From Azolla caroliniana (Eukaryota > Plantae > Polypodiophyta), in the NCBI GenBank assembly GCA_043228905.1, contig JBHGNT010000022.1, positions 12,648,001 to 12,712,000 on the forward strand: a stretch of DNA of 64,000 nucleotides, given 5' to 3'. Shown piece after piece: positions 38,457 to 50,737 of the stretch. Numbering within the stretch: the first letter of the stretch is position 1; each line of letters opens with the position of its first letter. A model generated the notes under the pieces. It was given only the letters and a program-made list of their open reading frames with translations. It was not told the DNA's origin and did no database searches. The position numbers and the translations under genes were made by a program.

Positions 38457-41400
38457 TCATTCCACATCATCATCACTATCATCTGATCCGATCTCTTCTT
38501 CCTCAAATTCAATTACTTCATCTCCCTGCCATTTCACAATCACAGATGTTTCTAAAGTTCTCAAAGCCATTCAATTTTTAAATATTTTAAATATTTAATG
38601 AGATTTAATTTTTCTGTTGTTTTGGGGCTATCACATGAGAAGGCGAATATTTTGCAGAAGACCAAGATAAAATACCTTGTCAGTTGCATGTATCTCATTA
38701 TCAGAGCTCTCTCTCTCAGAATCATCGATCTCTTCATATTCGAACTGCACACCTAAATCAGTGTCTTCTTCAGAATCACTAAGCTCTTCTTGTTCCATAA
38801 TTATATTCTCTTCTTCACACGGCTGCACAAGTTGAGCATTCCCTTTCTGTCTCTCATGCAATGACCAAGACATATCACCATTGACATGATTCTTCTTTGG
38901 ATCAGATAATTGAATCTCACTATTGCTTCTAGAGACAAGATCCTTCATTCGGAAATTATGTGTTTCTTGATCTTCGACAGCAGATGCGAAATCTCCTTGT
39001 CTATAAGAAACCTGAACTGCACGCCTTGGTTCTGGCCGAATAACAGAATCAGAAAGAACAGAGGGCCACTCTTGATGCCCACCACCAACATGGTTGTGGT
39101 ATTGTATCATAGAACCTATCTGATGCACTGTATCTCGTATAGTCTGATGTACTGTATCACTTACAGTCTGATGTGCTGCATCTCTTACAGACTGATGCAC
39201 TGTATCTCTTATAGTGTTTAGCAATCCTGATTGATAATCAGCATCCTCAAGAAGGAAAGGATGAAGTTCTGCAGCCACACTTTCTTTGGGGGCTGTCCTT
39301 GCAGAAAGAACACTTTTTCCTTTAGATGCACTAAGAAAGGGACGAAATCGAGGAACATCTTGTGGCAAAGCTTGTCCAGATACTACTTTATATACAGTTG
39401 TATTTTCGTTTTGTATTCCTGATTCAAATGTTCCTTTCATAAGGAGTGGATGCATCTTAGCTGTAGAAGGATCTATAGAAGACCTTCCACCAGTAGGACC
39501 TCCAAGTTCAGAAGAATCTCTAGATGTTCCATGAAGACAACTACTTCTTGACATTGACAATCCATGTTCAGAAACATAAGATCCACTCGTTAATGGATCT
39601 TGTCTTGGCCTCATCAATGACGTGTTTCTTACAATTTTTAGTTTGTGGATTTTAGTTCCACCTCCACAACTTCCATCTAGCGCATGCTTGTTGAATGTTG
39701 CTTGGGGTATGACACGAACACAAGGCGGAAGGTTCAATGAAGGTAAACCAGGAGCCAGTTTTACTGTCCTCCTGAATGGCTTATTAGTATTAGTCAAGGA
39801 CACTTGATGTTTTCCTTTTGCAATCCTAGATGAAATTCCAGTTTCTAGGGGTCTTTCTCCTGACATGAAATGATTAGGTATGATGCCCGAACTTTTCATG
39901 TTAACTTGGGCACTACCATAATTTACATGTGAACATGTAGGATCAACTCCAATGTTTAGAGAAGAAGAACCAGAAATGCTTTGTGGAACTGGAAGAGTTG
40001 AAGTCATGGAACCAAGATTAGTTTTAGGTGCAGAAGAGCAACCTTCATTTGGATTACACTCTGTTAAGAAAGCTTCATGCAAGTAAACATCGGCTGATTC
40101 ACCACCTGTTTCATCTCCACTATTCACTTCTCCTGTATCATCATCTTCATGTGCAATGTTGGACTTCTATAAAAAAAACGAAGATGTAATGCAGGATGTT
40201 TAGTTGTTTTCTACATCACAAATATAGATTATTTTTCTTGATCTGAAATCTTATGATAAATAGTGTAAAAGCATGCAAGTGTCCATTATCAACCCAAATA
40301 AAACAATGCATGTGTGTAGGGTTGTTCATAGAAAATGTGTATAGTTATTATTTGCAAACATGTGCACTCAATCTCATTGATATTACCGACCTTGTTTCGT
40401 CTATGCTTGGCTTTGGCTTCACTATTCAGGCTGTATGATTTTTGAATACCCAGGGCCGCTCGCCATAAACGAGAAAGAGTTGCTGGGTCCCTGTATGGAA
40501 CACATTGCTCACATACTTTTGTCCAATCATTTTTAAAAACTTTGAGCCCCTGTGATAGTAAACATTTATTAACATGAAATTACAGATAAAAGGTAGCTAT
40601 GGCTCAATGTCATAGATTGTAAGATTCATAATTATTCTTACTAACCTCTTCAATGAGTGCTTGCTCTTCCTTAGTTAGGGGAGAGCTTTTTAGTCTTCGC
40701 ACTGCCTGCATGACAAACAAAGATAGCTTAGATGTTGCAGGTCTGGCATGCACCAAAAATATACATGTACACACTTGAAGTTTGTTACCTTAATAGAATT
40801 TTCTGGTGCCTTTGATGTACTCCTATTCTTTTGGCGAACAAAAATCTGTCGACTCATGACAAATAAGATTTATTTTAACTGGACTTTAAAACGCTGTACT
40901 CACAAGTATGAAAAACATAAGCACGTACTACTGCACAGATGCAGTTTTCCCATAACAAAAAGCATGAAATAGATCAACAAAATCTTATATAGCCTATTTT
41001 TTCTATAGCTTCAAGAAGCAAACTTGCAATGCACATACATAATTAATCTCCCCAGAAAAAAGAAAATAGTTTGTTCTATTGCCTGAATACAGAATATAGT
41101 GATGGATTGCATTCAATAAAAAAAAAGTTTTCATGTTTCATTTAACTTTACAGTCATCATCTTGGTTAGGTCTCCCGGGCTATGGTTTTTGGAGACAATA
41201 TACCTCTCTTTCTATGAAAGATCAAAAAAGCATTTCCCTCACAATAAAAGAGTTCTCATTGGATATAATGATACCAAAAAAGTCCCAAAATATAATGAGA
41301 ATCTGATTCATTTAATACATGTCCTGAAAATGTAAGTTGGGTAAGTGCACAAGTTGCCTGTCCTCATATGACATCACCTTATGAGGTACACTGCAGTGGC

Positions 41401-44400
41401 TAGGGTACCTATCCAATGTATTCATACACTCCTTGTACGAAATAAATAAAAGTTGGATCTAATAAGAAATAATGAAATAAGGTACTTATCCAATGTATTC
41501 ATATCCTTGTATGAAACGAATAAGAAATAAAATGGTCCACAATCAAAACTATAAAAACAGCACGGCCAATGAGAAAACAGAATGATGATGATATGCAAAA
41601 TGTCAACTGACTGGGAAAAATGAGTGATGCAACATAATTGATGGAAAACCCACCACAGTATCGAGAGTCGAAAAGCGTTGGAAGTCTATGTGCAAGCTCC
41701 TCTATAGCATCACATAGATTTTGTAAAATCTGAAAATTGCAATTGAGATCATAGAAGTGTTGAAGGTAGTGAATATTGACAATTTGCAAAAAAGGTGATT
41801 ACATAAGGTTTGTTGGCTTAATCACGCTCGATTTTGTTGAGTTCAAATATCATGTGTGTGACCACACAAGTGATGGGTGCACATGTGCTATAAAGTCCAC
41901 CTTATTAATAGTTAGAGAACAAGATGTAAAGATCTTACACAGTCAATAGATAAAACAGATGTGTATATGAGGAACGCTGGAGAAAGAGAGAAAGAAATCC
42001 AAAATGGCCTATAAGACCAAACAAGATATAACATTTTAAGACAGCGGAGCAAAATGCCTAGCCGAAGAAGCGGTGGCTAGACGGGAAGAACAGCCAAGGA
42101 TTGGCCAAGAACATAGGTGCAAGGAGAGCCACGATGGAGGACAAATAGAGAGGTGGAGGTGGCCTCGAAGAAGTCAGTAGCCATGGTTCCAGAGACGACG
42201 CTGACTCTAATCTCCGACAAGGACACAATGCTGACTGGAAAACTACAAGAGGGACAGCCCTCCCAGGTCTCGGAAAAAGAGGTTCTCAGCTACCTGGACA
42301 TCCCTCCAGCAGCACACAAAATGGCCGCCATATTACAATTTGGCACCTCATTCGAGCTGGTGGATTATCTAGCACGACAACAGATAGTGGCCACGGCCAA
42401 AATGGCGGAGGAGCACGAAGACCGGCAAATGATTAGGAGGGCCTTAGCGGTGCAGCGGTTGCTGGAGAACAAGGCAACCATCCAAGCCTTGGAACGGCAA
42501 CTACGAGAGGCCCAACAGACATCACACGCAACCGGCACGGTTCAAGAACCAGCGCCCGACCATAGCCAGTTGCTGGAGGATCTTGAAGCACAGAGGGCAA
42601 TAGCGGAAAAAGCCAAGTAGGTGACGGCAGCGGCCGAAACCGAGATCAATCGCTTACACGACAAACTGCGGACATCGGCGGTCCGAGAAGAGAACATCCG
42701 GTCCATTGGCAGGAAGGACGTAAAAGACTTAAAAGCGCAATACAAAAAATTAACCAAAGCACATCAAAAGCTTTTGGCGGATTTTGAGGACCAAGGGACG
42801 GTACTAGGCAAAGCGGAGGAGGTAATCAACAAACAACGGGAAAACTTGCAGAAACAGAGGCAACTGTTCAAAGTCTCACCTTTGAGTAACAATAAACCTA
42901 AATAAATAAATGTAACTACACAAAAAGGTAAATTGAAATAGACTAAGAAAGAATCTCATCATCTATGCATATAAGATTCTCAAATCAGATATATTATAAT
43001 TTTTTTCTTTGAAATATCTCAAGCATAGGTTGATCTAGAATGGAGAGGTCTCCAAAGCGAGGGAACCACTGCAATGGTGGGAGATAATGACCTTTATTGA
43101 TCAATGACAAGGGCGATGAGAAAGAATCATCGACCAAAAACAAATAAACTATATTCATAATGGGGGAGATTGTACAATGAATCAACAACTTACAAGAGGA
43201 GAGAAGGTTGCTTTATATGACACTAACTATCATAGAACCCTAACACACTCTCACACTCAATCACACAGCCTAGGTATTGAAGTTGCATTATGGCATCAAA
43301 ATCAATCAAATATAACGGCATGTAAGGTATGCAAGTAAGGGCTAGTAGAGGATGAGTATCATTTGCTTGCTACATGCTCTGCATATAGTGCAATTCGTGA
43401 AAGCTATGATGATATATTAAGTGGGGGTGATGACTTGAATGTCACACTAAAGAGAACTCCTAGAAGGTTGAGCTCATATGTTTATGCCTTATTCACACAT
43501 CAAAACTTGGGGCTTCAAAGTATGAATATCCCTTCTTAGGAAGGAGACACACATCAAGAAAACTTTTGTACTTAGGTACCATGGGTCAATATTGACCTCT
43601 CTATGGGCGCTAAAAATATCTGTCTATCTATCTCTCTTAAATACAAATTTACCTGGGAGACAGTTGATGTGTATTGTTGTGCTGGAATCATGTACATAGG
43701 TGATGATTATTTAAACATACTCTTGTCATAATGTTTATTGTATCAGTTTGGACATCCAGCCACTTAACTTCCTTTGTGAAATAATGAAACCCGGCATTCA
43801 CCATGCTAAGTGAAGCATTCAACGCTACCTTTGCAGCCAATAGATGATGATCAAGGACAGGGTTAACCAATGCATAATGATCATTCTTTAAACAGACAAC
43901 CACCGTGTTGATAAGCTTTCTTCATTAAGCATTTCATTACATTAAAAGCTGCAGGGTGAATTTGAGTACCTGATGAGTTGTCTTTGGAGGAAGGAGATTT
44001 TGTTGTATCTTTTCCCAATTTGTATTATATGACATTATTCCCATAGCCAAAAGTCTGCACGAATCATCATATGATCTCAGCAGCTATAAAATAACAGGAA
44101 AACTCTGAAATACTCCTATGTTTTTCTTTCTTTACAAAGGCCCAAAAGTTTCCATTTTTCCCCCATTGCCAAATCATCCCCTTTTTCTCTCTTTTGTGGA
44201 TTGAATAAGGGCATTTGGGCGCATAAATAAAAACTTTGGGGGTTCCGAGAAATAAAGAAAACCCACAGGCATTTCAGAGTTTTTCAATAAAATAAATCTA
44301 ATCAGTCATCATAAAATGCATCCATGAGCTCACTCGTCTTCTGCTTCTGAAAACAGTAACCGCTTTGCTAAAGCAGCAGGTGGTGGTTTATGGGGGAACA

Positions 44401-47400
44401 TATCCGGATTAAACAAAGGTGTAAATCTACTGACAATCATAGAGATCTCACGAGGAACGAGAGCTATGCCATTTAGTTTTGTGTGATAGACAAGAGCACC
44501 TGCCATAGTCTTTTTAGGTTGATGGGGCTCCCAAGCAGAGATCTGTAAAAGAAATCCCAAATATCATAATTTATTTGCAATCAACATTCATGATAGAAAA
44601 TTATAAATTTTCTAACACATTCGTACAAATTTATGGTATTTTCTCATTGTTTCCTATGTTTTCATGCAAACTCAAAGTTTTCATAGAGAAAAATTTCTCA
44701 AACACTGGTTGCAATAAAGAAGTTCGCATGTTGACTCTCGCACAAAACTTTTCTTTTGCTTTCTAGCCACTTTAATGAGTTTCTCATTTTGTATGAATGA
44801 GATATCACATAAACATTATGATTGTAATATTTCATAGGCCACTTTGGTCTCTATGGAGCCATGGATATAGCCTTCTTTCTTTCTTTCTTTTCGGTTCATC
44901 TTTTTCTACCTGTTACCTTAGCATCTTGAATTGCTGGCATTGGAAACAAGGGCTTCCGAGCAAGCTCTTTGCAATCATAGACACCTTGAACACGTTTTTG
45001 TTTGAAGACCTCCACAGCTGCCAAATACACCCATTTGATCAATATTCTGAACCTTCATTATAAGATCAGAATTATTCTCAAGATGAAAACCATACCCCTA
45101 GCCATATCAGCAATAAAGTCCTTCACAAGTGCAAGTGAAGGAACATCTATCAATGAGCGTATTGGTCGTTGATCGGCAGCATACTTTGATGAATTGGATT
45201 CAGTATATCTGCCATCAGAAACCGTCTTTCCATGATCAGAGGTGAAAGGATGAGGTTGTATAATGGATGTAGAGGCATGCACATGTGGTGGACATAAACA
45301 GACCTCAGGAAATGGTGGCTTTTTCCAAGACAATATTTGTTCTCTTGTCTCTACTAGTTGCACAAGAATTTTCTGGGTTTCAACAGCTATCTGTTGTCGT
45401 GAAGGGTCTAAAACTGTTAAAGACAAGACTTGCACTAATAGTTGAACATGCTCATGTAACAAGCTCTGCAATTGACCCCTCTGACAAGGAGTAAATCCAT
45501 AAGATTTAGGCTTTCCACTGTTTAATCTCACATTCAAGAGTTTGTCAGTATCGATGGAAGCATCATTGAGAACTCCACAAGGCAGTAAAGGCCGAAGTGG
45601 TGTCTTAGCAGATCCTAATAGCCTTTCCCTATCATTTCTCTTCTCTTTTTTGTGCCCTGTTCCTGATTGTCGCTTTCGCTTCCGAACCTCCTCTTCACAC
45701 CTCTCTTCATAATCACTCTCGAGAGCTTCTTCTAGCTCAATCTCAAAGTCATAATCATCTTCTTCATCTTCCTCTTCCTCTTCTTCTACTATTGCCTTCT
45801 TGCCACCACCTTCATTATTGACTCCTATCGCTTCCATTGAACAACCTTGAACTGCAGCAACAAACTTACGATACTCCTCTTCATCATCCACATTCTGAAA
45901 GTAGTCTTCCTCATCTGATTCCTGCAAGAACGTCTCTAGTTCATCCAATGACATGTCAGCCAGAGAATAGTGTGCTCTTGTCCTCCTACAGATTGCATCA
46001 GCAACCTGTTCTTCCTCATTCAAGTTCTCCTCCACTTTATTGCCCATGTCTAAAACTTCATTTCTAGAGGAGCCACTCAAGTTGGAGAGTGTTGTCAAAT
46101 CCTTTGAATGGAGTGTATATGTCTCTTCTTCATGATTACTCTCTACGCAAACCCCTTCAACACCAGATTCCATTTGAAAATGACTGCCAACTCGAAAGGC
46201 TTTTGTTTTACAATTAAGATAGCTTTCTGTATCTTTTGAATCCTGCGAGATACAACCTATGGAGGAAGGTTTATCTGTATGATCATCAACATTGTTAACA
46301 TCTTCTTCCTCTTCCATATAATTATCATTGATTTCCATATAATTATGCAGCTGTGCCTCCAAAAATCCTGATTCTTCATGTTTCATATGATTTTGAACAC
46401 CTTCAGACTCATTTTCGTCCTCTAGATCCTCACTTTCTGAACTCAATCCGGAAGATGCTTCAGGAGAAGGTGAGTGTAGCAAAAATGGGTTAAAATCTAC
46501 GTCTTCTTCATCCTCGTCCTCATCCTTATCCTCAGTATCCGTTTCCTCTTTGCCATCAAGATCTAAACTTTCCAAGTTCTGAATTTGTATACCACTAACT
46601 TTATCACTTCTAATACTTGAAACACTGGTACTTCCACATGCATTAATTGAATCTTGATCTGTTTGATGCAATCCTACACTTGCACAAACATTCTTCCTTT
46701 CCATTGATTTGGGAACATCTTCTGTATGTTTAGGTGTATTAATATTACTTGTATGTACCTCTTCTGGCCCCTCCTGCATGAGACATGTGTCAGACAAAAT
46801 ATTTTGAGGTTCATCTCTTCTTTCTACAACTCCACATATTGGTTTAATTCCACATATTTTGAGGTTACTTTGCTGAAGTACTCCTGAGTTTTCTAGAATA
46901 ATTGTCTCCTCCATTGATCTACTTATAACATCTTCTCTGTGTTTCAATGTATTAAAATCTCTTTCGCTCATCTCTTTTGTTGAAAGAAAATTATTCCCTT
47001 CCATTGATCTACTATTAACACCTTCTCTATGTTTGAATGTGTGAAAATCTATTTCACATACTGTTTCTGTCACAAAGACATTATCCTTCTCCATTGTAAC
47101 ATCTTCTTTTTGTGTAGATGTGTCAGTATCTCTTTCACATGCATCATTTATTGCAGTGACATCATTCCTCTTCATTGTAGCATCTTCTCTATTTTTAAAT
47201 CTGTTCATTTTACATACCTCTTCTGTTGCAAGAACATTATTCCTTTCCATTCCAACATCTTTTCTATGTGTTGATACATCAGAATCTTGTTCACATGCAT
47301 CTGCTGTTGTATGAACATAATTTCTCTTCACAGTAACATCTTCTCTATGTTTAAATGCATTTAATTCCGGTTCACATACATCTTTTGGTCCACGAACGTC

Positions 47401-48003
47401 ATCCTTATCCAGAATAATATCTTCTCCATGTGTAAATGCATTCGATTCTCTTTCACATAAATCCTCTGATGCAAGGACATTGTTCCCTTCCACTGTAACA
47501 TCTTTTCTATGTTTGAATGCATTAAAATCTCTTTCGCATATGTCCACTGTCACAACAACATCCTTCGTTCTACCTTTAACAACTTCGCTATGTTTAGATG
47601 TGTTAATATCTCTTTCACATACATCCTTTGCATTTTCCATTGATCTAGCATGAACAATTTCTGTGCATTCTACTGCTTTAAACACAGTTTCAGATGCCTC
47701 TTTCTCCAGTGCGTAGCATATGTCATTTGACGCAGGATTTTGATCTCTAACATCATCACCATCCTCGTATTCTCTTTCCAAAATTCTTTCACATGTTTTT
47801 TGTTCGATTTCCATACACGAGTTTGTGAAAAGGTCAGTTTTCCACGGGGTTTCGGCAATTGCCTCACCGTTTCCTTCTTCAGGCATCAAAACCGAATTAA
47901 TCATGGAAGCTAACGCATACTTCTTACCATCTCCGTCACCGTCGTCATCAGCTTCTTCGGCATCTTCGTTATTCTGCGTCTGCTTCGGCGAAGCTTTCTC
48001 CAT
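38457..48003 (-). CDS. DUO3: DUO POLLEN 3 / GON-4-like Myb/homeodomain-like nuclear protein, 9 exons, about 1712 aa
   Basis: Predicted GT-AG exons: 48003-45096, 45017-44917, 44542-44334, 44054-43970, 40845-40789, 40705-40646, 40549-40391, 40166-38676, 38525-38457 (5139 nt, phases consistent). Motifs EDVDFNPFL, DAICRRTRAHYSL..LDELETFLQESD, FPHKPPPAA..LFSEAEDELLAMG..TNWEKIQQ..HQIFVRQKNR..APEN.IKAVRR.K.SPL, VPYRDP, YLHEAFL. Confidence 0.88.
41170..41729 (-). pseudogene. Two-exon decayed fragment resembling a group II PLP-dependent amino-acid decarboxylase, inside DUO3 intron 4
   Basis: AG|41729-41654|GT (phase 1) joins AG|41323 in frame: ILQNLCDAIEELAHRLPTLFDSRYC-GHVLNESDSHYILGLF (frameshift) GIIISNENSFIVREMLF*SFIEREV. 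This resembles the RYxGHM...LG...NxN...E...IExEV pattern. Not searched. Confidence 0.4.
42050..42880 (+). pseudogene. GC-richer coiled-coil ORF fragment, probably TE-derived, inside DUO3 intron 4
   Basis: ORFs 42117-42620 and 42621-42905 are in the same frame, separated by one TAG. Heptad-like E/K/Q/L content; abrupt composition change at both edges. Confidence 0.45.
46900..47645 (-). repeat. About 9 degenerate 81-bp (27-aa) coding repeats in DUO3 exon 1
   Basis: CERDINTSKHSEVV.., CERDFNAFKHRKDVT.., CERESNAFTHGEDI.., CEPELNAFKHREDVT.. and further copies. Confidence 0.85.
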
Positions 48004-48127
48004 CGCTTCTCATTCTCTGAATCAGAGAGACGAAACAGACAAGTGCTAGTTTTGGATATTTCCTGAACTACCCCTCCTACGTACTCGTTTTTTTTTATCG
48101 CGAATGCCCCTACTCTCTCGTGTTTTC

Positions 48128-48370
48128 TATATATTACCAAAATTATGCCCCTACTTATGTACTTGTTATGGAATGGCCCTCCTTACTTGTTTTGGAATAT
48201 ATTACCAAAATATACCCCTCCTTACTTGTTTTGGAGTATATTACCAAAATTATGCCCCCTCCTTACTTGTTTTGGAGTATATTACCAAATTTATGCCCCC
48301 TCCTTACTTGTTTTGGAGTATATTACCAAAGTTATACCCCTCCTTACTTGTTCCGGATATATTCCACAGA
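48128..48370. repeat. About 5 x 40-41-bp tandem repeat just upstream of the DUO3 start codon
   Basis: Unit ccttacttgttttggagtatattaccaaaattatgccccct at 48181, 48220, 48261, 48302 and 48342. Confidence 0.9.
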
Positions 48371-48636
48371 TGATCCCCCCCTCCTTTGTGTTGGACATCT
48401 CCCAAAAACTATCCTTGCTTTTTCATGAAGTACTCGAACATACCCCCCTCCCTCCTTCCTAGACAACATTTTATCAGTAATTTCCGCTCTTGCAATAATA
48501 CTTGATTTAGTACAATTATGGTGTGCCACGATAATGCGCTAAGAATTATGGATATTCTGGCATATACCTAGCAAAGCTACAAGTGGATATTCCAGTGTTT
48601 TTCCCCCCTGTGCATTTCCTCTCTCAGATTCTCGGG

Positions 48637-48840
48637 CAATTGCTCTCTAGTAGTACTAGGTTTTGAGGGATGTTTTGGTAATGGTTTGAAATTATGCATA
48701 TCAAGATAGATACCCAACAATGTTGTAGGTGGGTATTTTCTCAGTCAATTGCTCTCTAGTAGTACTAGGTTTTGAGGGATGTTTTGGTAATAGTTTGAAA
48801 TTATGCATATCAAGATAGATACCCAACAATGTTTTAGGTG
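48637..48840. repeat. 109-bp tandem duplication
   Basis: caattgctctctagtagtactaggttttgagggatg...acccaacaatgtt at 48637 and 48746. Confidence 0.88.
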
Positions 48841-49454
48841 TTTTTCCCTATACATTTCCTTCCCGGTATTTCATCAATCATTTATATATCTTAATTACTA
48901 TAACTTGTACAAAAGAGGGGTCTTTAAAAAAATTATTGCTAATATTCAATCCACTTGGGTTCAAATACCACTTGACAATCCCACTTTGATATTCGTAGGG
49001 CATGATATCATAACTAATCGCCATGTTAGTGATATTATTAATCCCCCCCTTCATAGTTTAAAAACATCTTCAAACTACAATTGGGCAATATCAACCACAC
49101 TCCTCATAGATTTTTAAATAACAACTAGTTCAATTTTCCATTTTTTGTTTTTTTAACCAATAAGTGAAAGTTTGAATATTAATATTGTTATAGAAGTTAA
49201 CCTATCGAAGTATTGCTGCATTTTACCTTCATCCTAAAAAGTCATAAGTTCATCAAATGTCATGTGCATTTTGATTTTGATCTACCAAGTAGAATCTCTA
49301 CTTTGCCAAAAGCTCATAAAACTCTTGTTATGTTCCTGAAACCAACATATTAATTGCTTGTTAATATCAAATTGAAAATTATTCATTTGTTCATGAATCA
49401 CATCATATCAAGAAATTTTAATTGCAATAATCACCTAATCTTCATTACATTTCA

Positions 49455-50373
49455 CCTCCACGAGCCCAAAAAGATCAAGCTATTTTGGTGGCAGATTGGC
49501 CATAACATGGTCCCCATTGGTGAATGGCTAGGTAAACAAGGAAGCTAGGCACAATAGCTTGCCCACTCTATTTTGCACCTATTGAGACTCTGAGACATTG
49601 TTTTTGGGATTGCCCTCAAGCTCAAAGGGTTTGGGACAGGGTGACTCGCCTCCTAACTGCCTACGAAGTGGAAGGGACAACATCGTGGAGCATAGTGACC
49701 TGGATCAATCTCTCGGCTGATAATTGGACGAACACCTTCAACATAGGCAATTGGTGCTATGAATGCACAAGAGGTAAACTCGTCAAGTCCCGTTTTGAGA
49801 GAGGCTTGAAGACCGCATCCTCTCGTTTCCGGAAGATTTGGATGTTGATCACAGGCCTCACCCTTTTGTATGTATGGAAAGCACGTTGTGTAAAGGTCTT
49901 CCAAGATCTGGTACACCCCTCGAATGAAATGATCATGGATATTTGGTTCACGATTATGAGTTGCCTACGAGGGCAATTGGACGAGGTTTGTAGTCACTCC
50001 AACAACGTGGTCACTACCCGCTTACGCATTTGGCAGAAATGGAGGAACACGCCGATAGTCACACAAGGAGGAAACGGCCTCAAGTGGAACTACCAACCCC
50101 CACATTGTTTGTTTCCTACTCACCTCCCACCCTCCCTTCATTGAAGGTCAGAAGATCGGGCTCATGTTGGTCAACAATGAGTGTCACTAGTTTATAACTC
50201 TAGATACCTACTTATATTAAGTAGAAAGTAAGAGAGGATGTGTACGTAGTCTTATATTCTTGAATTCAGTCGGGGGGTGATTCCCTAATTTATATACTTG
50301 TATTATGTATAGTCTTTCTGTAAAAATCTCTCCTAACTAATGGGAAAGTAGCTCCTTTCTCAGGGGAAAAAAA
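49455..50373 (+). mobile_element. 5'-truncated L1-type LINE (zf-RVT region plus 3' UTR)
   Basis: PKKIKLFWWQIGHNMVPIGEWL, ETLRHCFWDC, YVWKARC. 3' end taactaatgggaaagtagc plus an A tract. Homologous to 56919-57830. Confidence 0.88.
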
Positions 50374-50737
50374 CATTATGATTAGTCGTACTATTGTTGT
50401 TTGCAATGTTATTTTGAATTCTATTGGTTGGGATTGTGCAAACGTTAATTTGAATCCTTCTTTGATCCAAACCTATCTCTTATTTGAACATTAAAGCTTA
50501 TCAATGATGCACCAACCATTGTGTAGGCTTTGCATCTCTTTTTGCTTCAAACAATTGCAAGGTACAATGCATTTTTTATTGCCTAAAACAATTAGTGTTT
50601 TTTGTCCATTTAGTTTTTGCTCCACTTATTGGCTTCTAAACAAATCTTTGCAGATACAAAGTAAGGTTAAAGCTTTATTTGTAAATGCAGAGACTTTTTA
50701 AAAGCCAACTAGTTTTTACTTGCCATCAATATTATTA

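Noticed and set aside
43688-43903. 71-aa ORF in DUO3 intron 4 as an extra exon
   Set aside because: The flanking exons join into a continuous conserved motif (HQ|IFVRQKNR) without it, and it has no recognisable similarity.
45058-45095. DUO3 ending at the 45058 stop as a single-exon gene
   Set aside because: A GT donor at 45095 and conserved in-phase downstream exons show that it is spliced.
48104-48462. Overlapping ORFs with repeated peptides
   Set aside because: Translations of a 40-41-bp non-triplet tandem repeat.
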